A stretch of DNA of 56,348 nucleotides from Candidatus Coprosoma intestinipullorum. GTDB taxonomy: Bacteria; Bacillota_I; Bacilli_A; RF39; UBA660. The stretch lies in assembly GCA_018713045.1 (NCBI GenBank), contig DVFV01000042.1, forward strand, positions 1-56,348. The letters are read 5' to 3'. The position numbers were made by a program, and so were the translations under genes. Below, one piece after another: positions 18,488-26,291 of this stretch. How positions within the stretch are numbered: position 1 is the stretch's first letter; every line of letters starts with the position of its first letter. The notes under the pieces are model-generated. The model saw only the letters and a program-made list of their open reading frames with translations, was not told the DNA's origin and did not search any database.

Positions 18488-19081
18488 ATGGGAAAAATAT
18501 CTAATGCCATTAAAATGTTAAACTATTTAAATACAGGTAACAAATATAATGTTAAACAGTTATCAGAAAAATTAGGTATATCTGAAAGAATGGTTAGGTA
18601 TTATAAAAATGAATTAGAAGAGGCAGGCATTCCCATAGAAACATTTATGGGCCCAGATGGTGGATATTACATCTTAAAAACAAATGAACCATATAATCAG
18701 TTTAATAAATATGACCTTGAACTACTAGAAGATGTTTACAACAAATTAAAAGAAATAAACTACTCAAACATAGATAAACTAGAAAAACTAATATCTAAAA
18801 TAAAACATCTAAGTGACATCGAAGAAGAAAAAAGTAAATACTTTATTACTAATAAAATAGAAGATAATTCTAAAATGTATTTCACCTTAAATAAAGCAAT
18901 TGCTAACAAAGAAAGAATATTAATCTTATATAAAAACCTTAAAGGAGTATTGAAAGAAAGATACATTCATCCCATGCACATATTTAAATATGATAATAAA
19001 TTTTATGTCACTGCCTTTTGTGAACTAAGGAATGACATAAGACACTTTGAATTTAGTAGAATAAAAATAGTAGAAAAATAA
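18488..19081 (+). CDS. HTH plus WYL-domain transcriptional regulator
   Basis: 197 aa. N-terminal HTH_11-like YNVKQLSEKLGISERMVRYYKNELEEAGIPIE. C-terminal WYL-type ERYIHPMHIFKYDNKFYVTAFCELRNDIRHFEFSRIK. Confidence 0.75.
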   Translation: MGKISNAIKMLNYLNTGNKYNVKQLSEKLGISERMVRYYKNELEEAGIPIETFMGPDGGYYILKTNEPYNQFNKYDLELLEDVYNKLKEINYSNIDKLEKLISKIKHLSDIEEEKSKYFITNKIEDNSKMYFTLNKAIANKERILILYKNLKGVLKERYIHPMHIFKYDNKFYVTAFCELRNDIRHFEFSRIKIVEK

Positions 19082-19093
19082 AGACATAATATT

Positions 19094-19143
19094 TCCTACA
19101 TAAACGTTATAATGAAATTGAAAACGTTATGTAGGATTTTTTT
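19094..19143 (+). terminator. strong rho-independent terminator after the WYL regulator
   Basis: TCCTACATAAACGTT (19094-19108) / AACGTTATGTAGGA (19123-19136): 14 bp with a one-base bulge, then a T7 run. A TATAAT sits at 19108-19113, spanning the last base of the 5' stem arm and the start of the loop. Confidence 0.7.
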
Positions 19144-19160
19144 ATGAAAGGAATATATAA

Positions 19161-21125
19161 ATGAGAGTAGTAAGTATAGGAGATTTAGTAACAGATTATT
19201 ACTATAAAAACGGCAAACTAATTGGTGTAAGTGGTGGCATGAGTTCCCATAATATAATTGCAAATATTACTAAAATGAAATTAGATACAGCCGTATTTGG
19301 CGTTTGTGGTAACGATATAACTGGACGTATATCTATAAAAAGCTTAAAAGATATCGGAGTAAATGTAGATAATATAGAAATAAAAAAAGACCTAAAAACA
19401 AGATGCTTCCACGTATCATATTTTGATAATGATGGCAAACTAGAATTTAAATCTAAAAAAAGATGTCCGTTATGTAATGAAAAAAGATGGTATGAACCAA
19501 GTAAAATTGATTCAAATAAAATCTTAACCAAAATAAAAGAGGATGACATCCTCGTATTTGATAACCTAAATAACGAAAATCAAAATATCATCGATAACTG
19601 CCAAAATAGAAAAATGCTAGACATAGGTCAGTACTTTGAATTTGAAAATTATAATAATGAAGAAATAGTAAATAAACTATACAACAAATTTGATATTATT
19701 AATTTAAACGAAAGAGTAGAACAATATTTAATAAACAGATTTCATTTAAATAATTCAAAAGATATTTTCAATATGCTAAAGCCGAATTTAATCATCATAA
19801 CTAGAGGCCAAAGAGGTTCAGATTTTATCTGCCAAGAATTTAATATAAATATGAAACTAGAAAACCCAGCCGAAGAAATAGATCCAACCGGTGCCGGAGA
19901 TGCCTTCTTCGCATTATTTATTAGTGAATACATAAAAAACAAATTTATAGTCAGTCGAAGATTTATTGAAATAACATTCGAAAAAGCAACGAAACTAACT
20001 AAAAAAGTAGTAAAATCATTTGGTGCAAGAGGGCATATTAATTCCTTATATAAAATAAAGAAATTAAATAATTACTGTACCTGTCAAAACTTTGAAATAA
20101 AAGCTCCTAGAAAAAACAAGACATGTAATATAAATATTAATAATCTAGAAACAAGAGTCATAAATGCCCTGAATAGTAATGCATATCATAAACTAGAAAA
20201 AATAAATTTTAATGAAATAAAAAATAGTTTATTTATTGGAACTGGTGGTTCACTTGCTGGAACCACATTCGCATCCAAAGTCATTAATAATTTATATGGA
20301 ACAAATATCATTTCAAGCCTTCCAAGAGACGTATATTACCGTAATAACAAACAAATAGATAAAGTATTTTTGTTCTCATACTCGGGAACTACCAGTGACC
20401 TATTAACAGGAACAGCTAATATAGATAATTCAAAAAAATATATAATAACTAAGGGACCTATTAAAAAAATTAATACTACCATGAACATTCCCAAAACGAA
20501 TATAATAACATATAGAACAAACAATAATAAAAGCAGAGAAAGAGGATTTTTATCTTTTGAGGGAGTTCTTTCACCAGCAAGTTTATTTTTAAAACTATAT
20601 TTAAAACAAACCACAAAAGATGATGAAATAAAGTTTATAAAAAATAGATTTAAATATTGGAAAGAACATTTTAAAACATACTTTAAAGATAACAAACAAG
20701 AGCTACAAAACTTTTTTACCAAAGAAAACATATTTAGCATATTCACCGGTGATTATACAGAAGCTGCATCCACCGATTTAGAAAGCAAAATAACAGAGTC
20801 TGGCATATTCAATTGTATACTCCATGAAAAGAAAAACTTTTCTCATGGCAGATTTATAAACTATGAGTACTTAAGTAAAAAGAAAAATATATATTTTAAA
20901 CAGAAGACAACTGGTCCATACGAAGAAGGGCTGCTAAATTATCTAAAAGACGGCGATAATCTAATTATTGAAAGTAATTATGATGGAATACTTTGTGAAT
21001 ACGATTTATTAATTGCTACTCAGTATTTAATATACTATATCGCAAAACTTCTAGATATTGACATTTCTAAACCAGCATATAGTGAGGAAGCTATGAAAAT
21101 ATATTTTTACAAAGGAAACTTATAA
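19161..21125 (+). CDS. fusion of a PfkB/ribokinase-family kinase (N-terminal) and a SIS-like phosphosugar-binding region (C-terminal)
   Basis: 654 aa. PfkB signature DPTGAGDAF and N-terminal IGDLVTD...GG; inserted CPLCNEK element. C-terminal half has GTGGSLAGTTFA and FSYSGTTSDLL, reminiscent of SIS domains. Confidence 0.65.
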   Translation: MRVVSIGDLVTDYYYKNGKLIGVSGGMSSHNIIANITKMKLDTAVFGVCGNDITGRISIKSLKDIGVNVDNIEIKKDLKTRCFHVSYFDNDGKLEFKSKKRCPLCNEKRWYEPSKIDSNKILTKIKEDDILVFDNLNNENQNIIDNCQNRKMLDIGQYFEFENYNNEEIVNKLYNKFDIINLNERVEQYLINRFHLNNSKDIFNMLKPNLIIITRGQRGSDFICQEFNINMKLENPAEEIDPTGAGDAFFALFISEYIKNKFIVSRRFIEITFEKATKLTKKVVKSFGARGHINSLYKIKKLNNYCTCQNFEIKAPRKNKTCNININNLETRVINALNSNAYHKLEKINFNEIKNSLFIGTGGSLAGTTFASKVINNLYGTNIISSLPRDVYYRNNKQIDKVFLFSYSGTTSDLLTGTANIDNSKKYIITKGPIKKINTTMNIPKTNIITYRTNNNKSRERGFLSFEGVLSPASLFLKLYLKQTTKDDEIKFIKNRFKYWKEHFKTYFKDNKQELQNFFTKENIFSIFTGDYTEAASTDLESKITESGIFNCILHEKKNFSHGRFINYEYLSKKKNIYFKQKTTGPYEEGLLNYLKDGDNLIIESNYDGILCEYDLLIATQYLIYYIAKLLDIDISKPAYSEEAMKIYFYKGNL

Positions 21126-21170
21126 AAAATTAAATATCCAATTTTTAATTCATTAGACACCATAATCATC

Positions 21171-21223
21171 ATACCGATAACGGAATAATACAACTTGACA
21201 AACTATACCGGAAACGGTATAAT
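21171..21223 (+). promoter_or_regulatory. consensus sigma-A promoter with two palindromic operator-like sites
   Basis: TTGACA (21195-21200), 17 nt, TATAAT (21218-21223). ATACCGgaaaCGGTAT (21205-21220, perfect) overlaps the spacer and -10. ATACCGataaCGGAAT (21171-21186, one mismatch) lies upstream of the -35. Confidence 0.65.
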
Positions 21224-21243
21224 CATATATAGAGGTGGTATAT

Positions 21244-22167
21244 ATGAAATATATGACAACTAAAGAAGCTGTAATCAAATGGAATATAAGTGAAAGAAGA
21301 ATTAGAAAACTGCTTCAAGATGGAAGAATTGAAGGAGCTGTTAAAGTTGGAAATACGTGGAATATTCCAGTTGATGCTAGTAAACCGATAGATAAAAGAA
21401 ATATTAAAAACGATAACGATTTTAAATTTAATCTTGGTAAAACATATTTTGATAAAGTAGATGAGTTAAATAATAAATTAAATAGTAAAAGACCGTTTTC
21501 CAAGGAAACGCTTAAATCTCTAAGAAATTCGATTAATCTTGAATGGACATATAATAGTAATGGTATAGAAGGAAACACCCTAACTCTAAGAGAAACTCAA
21601 ATCGTTCTAGAAGGAATAACTGTTGGTGGCAAAACCTTAAGAGAACATTTAGAAGTCATTAATCATGAAAAAGCAATCGAATATATTGAAGACCTAGTCA
21701 AAGAAAAAAATCCTGTTACAGAGTGGAATATTAAAAATATTCATCAGTTAGTCTTAAAAGAAATAGATGACAAAAATGCTGGAAAATATCGAAGTGAAAA
21801 TGTTGCAATAATGGGAGCCACTCATACTCCTCCAGACCATTTAATTGTTCCGGAGCTGATGGAAAAACTGATTTTAAATTACCAAAAATGGAATAAATAC
21901 CATCCAATCATTAAAGCCGCTCTTATTCATGGAGAACTAGTTAAGATACACCCATTCATCGATGGCAACGGCAGGACCTCCAGACTAGTTATGAATCTCT
22001 CTCTAATGAATAGTGGATATTTACCCGTAATTATTAAAAAAGAAAATAGATTGGAATATTATAATGCCCTAGATAAAGCCCACACTACCGGTGATTATAC
22101 TGACTTTGTTAAACTAGTAACAAACTTAGAAATTGAAATGATTAACAAGTATTTAAATTTGTTATAA
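21244..22167 (+). CDS. Fic family protein (AMPylase-type) with an N-terminal excisionase/MerR-like HTH
   Basis: Canonical Fic motif HPFIDGNGRTSR. N-terminal TTKEAVIKWNISERRIRKLLQDGRIEGAVKVGNTWNIP. ATG 21244 follows GAGGTGG; the track starts at GTG 21235. Confidence 0.9.
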   Translation: MKYMTTKEAVIKWNISERRIRKLLQDGRIEGAVKVGNTWNIPVDASKPIDKRNIKNDNDFKFNLGKTYFDKVDELNNKLNSKRPFSKETLKSLRNSINLEWTYNSNGIEGNTLTLRETQIVLEGITVGGKTLREHLEVINHEKAIEYIEDLVKEKNPVTEWNIKNIHQLVLKEIDDKNAGKYRSENVAIMGATHTPPDHLIVPELMEKLILNYQKWNKYHPIIKAALIHGELVKIHPFIDGNGRTSRLVMNLSLMNSGYLPVIIKKENRLEYYNALDKAHTTGDYTDFVKLVTNLEIEMINKYLNLL

Positions 22168-22173
22168 AAATAT

Positions 22174-22206
22174 AAAACATTAGACTCAAACTAATGTTTT
22201 TCTTTT
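22174..22206. terminator. bidirectional terminator between the convergent Fic and GNAT genes
   Basis: AAAACATTAG (22174-22183) / CTAATGTTTT (22191-22200): perfect 10-bp stem with a 7-nt loop, an A-rich 5' flank and a T-rich 3' flank. Confidence 0.6.
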
Positions 22207-22670
22207 AAATCAAGTAGATATAAAGTATATTCACTAGGATCAAACTCGGTTCCACTTCCATGATCTATTTTCTTAGTAAACCCATATTTAAAATAAATAT
22301 GTTTGGCAACCTCATTATCATCTTCAACCCCAATAGAAAATTCCGTGTAACCTTTATTCTTAAAATAATCTATCACATCTTTCATTAATTTCTGACCGAT
22401 ACCTTGCTTTTGCATTCCTTTCTTAACCCTAAATGATTCTAAATAAACCCTAACATTTGGTATAGTTTCCGCTTGTAAATTGTGATTTACATAATTAACT
22501 GTAAGTTCTATAGCAAACTCATTATCCCTTTCTAACACAAAAATATCCAGTTCGTGATTATCCATTCTTGAAAAAACTTGCTTTCTGTATTTCTCCCAAT
22601 TTGAACCATTAGGAGCTAAAGATTTAAGCTTATCAAATTCATCTTTTGAAATACATTTAAATCTGTCCAT
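22191..22670 (-). CDS. GNAT family N-acetyltransferase
   Basis: Motif A MQKQGIGQKLM and C-terminal N..A..IYFKYGF. ATG 22670 lies 8 nt after AGGTGA; the track starts at GTG 22682. Confidence 0.8.
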   Translation of the reverse strand: MDRFKCISKDEFDKLKSLAPNGSNWEKYRKQVFSRMDNHELDIFVLERDNEFAIELTVNYVNHNLQAETIPNVRVYLESFRVKKGMQKQGIGQKLMKDVIDYFKNKGYTEFSIGVEDDNEVAKHIYFKYGFTKKIDHGSGTEFDPSEYTLYLLDLKEKH

Positions 22671-22737
22671 ATAAATCATCACCTAATTCTAATATATATT
22701 TTACCATAAAATTTAAAACCATATTTATGTAAATGTT

Positions 22738-22811
22738 CTAGGTTAAATAGAACATAATAATAAATAGAACTTAATTCATTTATTTAAACTGTAATTTTTA
22801 ATTTAACCTAG
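22738..22811. repeat. 11-bp perfect inverted repeat enclosing a short direct repeat
   Basis: CTAGGTTAAAT (22738-22748) and ATTTAACCTAG (22801-22811). AAATAGAAC occurs twice inside (22745-22753 and 22762-22770). Confidence 0.5.
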
Positions 22812-23009
22812 TTAATTGTTGAATTAGCAAAAACAGGAAAAATGTGAAAAAAACATAAAAAACACCAGGAATTTTGTGATAGGACAAAAAAAGATAGAAA
22901 ATTTTATGCTAAAAAACAAACTAACTGCTATTTAATCAAATAGAAAACAAATTAATATATTTTTCACTCAAAGAATACTTTTAATCGTATATCTTTTAGT
23001 AAAATTACA

Positions 23010-23018
23010 TGATATAAT
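23010..23018 (+). promoter_or_regulatory. extended -10 promoter element TGaTATAAT upstream of the 148-aa ORF and the Wadjet operon
   Basis: Exact TGnTATAAT 52 nt before ATG 23070. I found no other promoter-like element before jetA. Confidence 0.4.
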
Positions 23019-23069
23019 AAAATTAAACATTAAATATTTTGAAATTGAATAATAAGGAGTATTAATACA

Positions 23070-23516
23070 ATGAATGATAATCTATTTAACTTTTTAGTTG
23101 CTACAGATACCCTAGATAAATTTTTAGGAAAAGAGCCAAATCAAACAAATAATGAAGGGTTAGATTATGAAAAATATTCAGTAAAAAAGAGCAAAACAGA
23201 TTTAACCTCATCTCTCATGGCCTTAGATAAAAATTTACTTCAAGAAAAAATATTAGAGTCAAACGTTCATAATATCAATGAGCTAAAAGAACAAATATTA
23301 AATAATTTTGAGAAAACGTTAAATATAACCGAAGATAACAAGTTTTCCAAAAAGTATTTAGAAAACCTATTAGAACATGAAAATACCGATTTTATGTCCG
23401 CAAGTAAGCAAGATATCGAAAATCTAACAGTATTTATATATAAAAATAGTGAATATTACTCATATTACATACCAGATGAAATAAAAGAGATAATCGAAAA
23501 AAACTTAAAAAATTAA
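23070..23516 (+). CDS. hypothetical protein (148 aa), possibly co-transcribed with jetABCD
   Basis: AAGGAG RBS; acidic and helical; no family recognised. No terminator in the 98 nt before jetA. Confidence 0.5.
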   Translation: MNDNLFNFLVATDTLDKFLGKEPNQTNNEGLDYEKYSVKKSKTDLTSSLMALDKNLLQEKILESNVHNINELKEQILNNFEKTLNITEDNKFSKKYLENLLEHENTDFMSASKQDIENLTVFIYKNSEYYSYYIPDEIKEIIEKNLKN

Positions 23517-23614
23517 TATATTGTACCCTCTGGCCAAAAAACTCCAAACAATTTTACAATAATTGGCAAAAAAGCTTTTCAATTAATAAATAAAATGTTA
23601 AAATAAACCACAAA

Positions 23615-25105
23615 TTGAAGGACGTGTTGTATTTGAATATAAGTAACAAATTAGTAAAACCGATAACTGAAACCGCATATCTCAATACCGAAAACACTAA
23701 TCGGTATCGTCCAATTATGCGTTTTTTTTATCATAAATACGAACAAGCCGAAAACTGGCTTTATAAAGAAGACGTATATAATGCCCTAAAAGACCAAATT
23801 GATGGCTACACAATAGAAGATTGCCAAAGAGATTTGGATTTTCTTGTGGAAAAATTATCTCTTGCAACCGTTCAAGATACCGAAAACGCATCAACCTTAG
23901 AAAAATTCAAATTTAAAAATTATCGCTATCAAATGACCGACTATGCCATCGAAATTGAACGAATGACTATTAGACTTGAAGAAATGGAAGTTAAAGTTGC
24001 TTCTCTCGAGCCAAGACTATTTGAAAGAATCAAACTAAGACTTGAAAAATTTCTTAAAATCAAAACCATGCCCGAACAAGAAATATATGAAAATTGGACT
24101 GACCTCATGCAAGATTTCACTAACCTTAACCAAAGCTATCAAGATTTTCTAAAAAAATTTAGTGAACCCAAAACCGAAGAACTACTTCAAAGCAAACTCT
24201 TTATCCAGCACAAAAACTCTTTAGTTAGTTACCTTAGAAACTTCATTAAAGAATATATTTCTGCTAGCTCAGAAATATCAAACATTTTAAAACAAATAAC
24301 TGAGGAAGATTCAAACTATTTAATGGATAGCTTAATCTCTCATCAAAAGAAAGCCCCAAAAATAAGACCTGATTTTGACTTTGACTATTTAAAACTCGTT
24401 AATACCGGTAAATGGAATAGCCTTAGAAAATGGTTTGTCGCATGTGAAAGTGATATTAGCGAAGGTGATAGATTACTCAAAGCCACCAACAATATAATCT
24501 CTAAAATAACCAAATACGCTTCCAGCCTAATTGAACTTCACGGAAACATGGTAAATCGTAAAGAAGAATATAAATATCTCTGCCATCTCTTTGACTCCAA
24601 GGAAAACCTAGAAGAAGCTCATACCTTAGCGGGGACCATTTTAGGAGTTCAAGTAGTCAGACATTTCAAAGGAAATACCCCATTAAATAGTGATTCAATA
24701 ATCAAAACCTTAGAAGTAAAGCCAAACTTTATCAAAGTTGAACCTATGAAAAAAAGTTTAAAAATTGCTCAGTCACGTATACCAATTAAAGATAAAACTA
24801 AGGAAAAAGAAGAAATCCTAAAGAAATATGAAGAAGAAGAGAAGCGCAAAAAAGCAGTTCTTCATAGCTTAATAAGTCAAGGTCATATCGACCTAACTGG
24901 CGAAGTTACCCTTACTAAAGAAGAAAGAAACTATGTCCTATCCATATTAACCAAAAATCGTAATGGCGTTCATCAAGACCCAGTCTTTGGCCTTCCATAT
25001 AAAATTGAAAGAAAAGAAGGCACATGTCAAATAAAATCCGAAGACGGAACATTCCAAATGGATAGTCTATATATAACACTAGGTGGTGATGCAAATGGAA
25101 GATGA
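23615..25105 (+). CDS. jetA: Wadjet JetA (TIGR02677/DUF2397-type kleisin-like subunit)
   Basis: 496 aa. N-terminal TETAYLNTENTNRYRPIMRFFY matches the family's YL....YR.I.R.F start. First gene of an overlapping four-gene cassette with the expected sizes. Start uncertain (TTG 23615, or GTG/TTG at 23624-23633). Confidence 0.8.
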   Translation: MKDVLYLNISNKLVKPITETAYLNTENTNRYRPIMRFFYHKYEQAENWLYKEDVYNALKDQIDGYTIEDCQRDLDFLVEKLSLATVQDTENASTLEKFKFKNYRYQMTDYAIEIERMTIRLEEMEVKVASLEPRLFERIKLRLEKFLKIKTMPEQEIYENWTDLMQDFTNLNQSYQDFLKKFSEPKTEELLQSKLFIQHKNSLVSYLRNFIKEYISASSEISNILKQITEEDSNYLMDSLISHQKKAPKIRPDFDFDYLKLVNTGKWNSLRKWFVACESDISEGDRLLKATNNIISKITKYASSLIELHGNMVNRKEEYKYLCHLFDSKENLEEAHTLAGTILGVQVVRHFKGNTPLNSDSIIKTLEVKPNFIKVEPMKKSLKIAQSRIPIKDKTKEKEEILKKYEEEEKRKKAVLHSLISQGHIDLTGEVTLTKEERNYVLSILTKNRNGVHQDPVFGLPYKIERKEGTCQIKSEDGTFQMDSLYITLGGDANGR

Positions 25106-26291
25106 AAATTTAAGCAAAGAAATGGACCTTTTATTAAATAATTACTGGATAACTAAAGATGAATCACCAGAAGACTACTACCTTTTAAAAAGAAAACAAA
25201 CACCTCTTCGAAAGTTCATCTCTAAAAATCTTGGTAGTAACCTCCTTGTCCATGATCGCTTTATCAAACTTGAAAAAATATCCAGTATACCTTCAAAAGA
25301 CCAAGGAATTGAAGAATTCTTAAACACTATGGATTATGTTCTTTTGTTCATCATGCTAATCTACCTCGAAGATAAACCACGTGGTGAAAAATTTATTCTC
25401 TCATCCCTTATAGAATACGTCAAAAACACCGCTATAACTCTTGAACTTTCAAACATCCCAGATTGGAACTATGCCTCACATCGCCGAAACCTAGTCAGAG
25501 TAATCAATTATCTTCTAGAAAAACACATAATAATCCTCAAAGACGAAGACAAAATAAGCTTTCAAGAAGACAAAACTGCCGATGCCTTATATGAAGTAAC
25601 CGGTATATCCAATTACCTAATTCCTCACTTTGGAACAGATATCTATAACCTTAAAACACCAGAAGAATTTCTCGAAATTCAGTGGGTTGGCCAAGACCAA
25701 GCCCATGGTGATATCAGGCGTTACAAAGTATATAGAAACCTTTTATACTTGCCGGCAATTTACCGTGAAAATATCTCAGATAGTGAAGACGATTACTTAA
25801 GGAAGATGCACAAAAACATTGAAAAAGAACTCCTTGACAATCTAGATCTGACAACCGAAATAACCAAAAATATGGCTCTCATATATACAGATGAATCATC
25901 TATTCAAAAAGATTATTTTCCAAACAATAAAAGAATTACCGATATTATCCTTTTAATAAACAAAGAAATAGCTGATTACATAAACCGTGCAAATATTAAA
26001 CAAAGTCCTTTAGAAACATTTACTATAAACTCGGATACCTTAAAACAAATCATAACCGAATCACGTGAAAAACTAAAACCATACTTTAGTAAAGCATACC
26101 TTAACCTAACCCCTAAAAAATATTTGGAAGAAATTATTCAAACTATGGAAGACTATCATTTCATCAAAGAAAATATAAGTACATTTACAGTCTATCCTCT
26201 TATCTATCGTTTCCTTGGTGACCCAGAACCAGTAAAAAAAGAAAATAATGAACAAATAGAAATATTCGGAGGTGAAGAATATGAATTATAA
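25095..26291 (+). CDS. jetB: Wadjet JetB (TIGR02678/DUF2398-type)
   Basis: ~398 aa. Overlaps the end of jetA; AGGTGGTG RBS 6 nt before ATG 25095 (track start GTG 25083). Assignment is by size and position in the cassette. Confidence 0.75.
   Translation: MEDENLSKEMDLLLNNYWITKDESPEDYYLLKRKQTPLRKFISKNLGSNLLVHDRFIKLEKISSIPSKDQGIEEFLNTMDYVLLFIMLIYLEDKPRGEKFILSSLIEYVKNTAITLELSNIPDWNYASHRRNLVRVINYLLEKHIIILKDEDKISFQEDKTADALYEVTGISNYLIPHFGTDIYNLKTPEEFLEIQWVGQDQAHGDIRRYKVYRNLLYLPAIYRENISDSEDDYLRKMHKNIEKELLDNLDLTTEITKNMALIYTDESSIQKDYFPNNKRITDIILLINKEIADYINRANIKQSPLETFTINSDTLKQIITESREKLKPYFSKAYLNLTPKKYLEEIIQTMEDYHFIKENISTFTVYPLIYRFLGDPEPVKKENNEQIEIFGGEEYEL

Noticed and set aside
19202-20746. Several minus-strand ORFs (19202-19549, 19742-19942, 20336-20746) inside the PfkB/SIS gene
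   Set aside because: Shadow ORFs on the opposite strand of a 654-aa gene with recognisable motifs. They are low-complexity Leu/Phe/Ser-rich products with no RBS.
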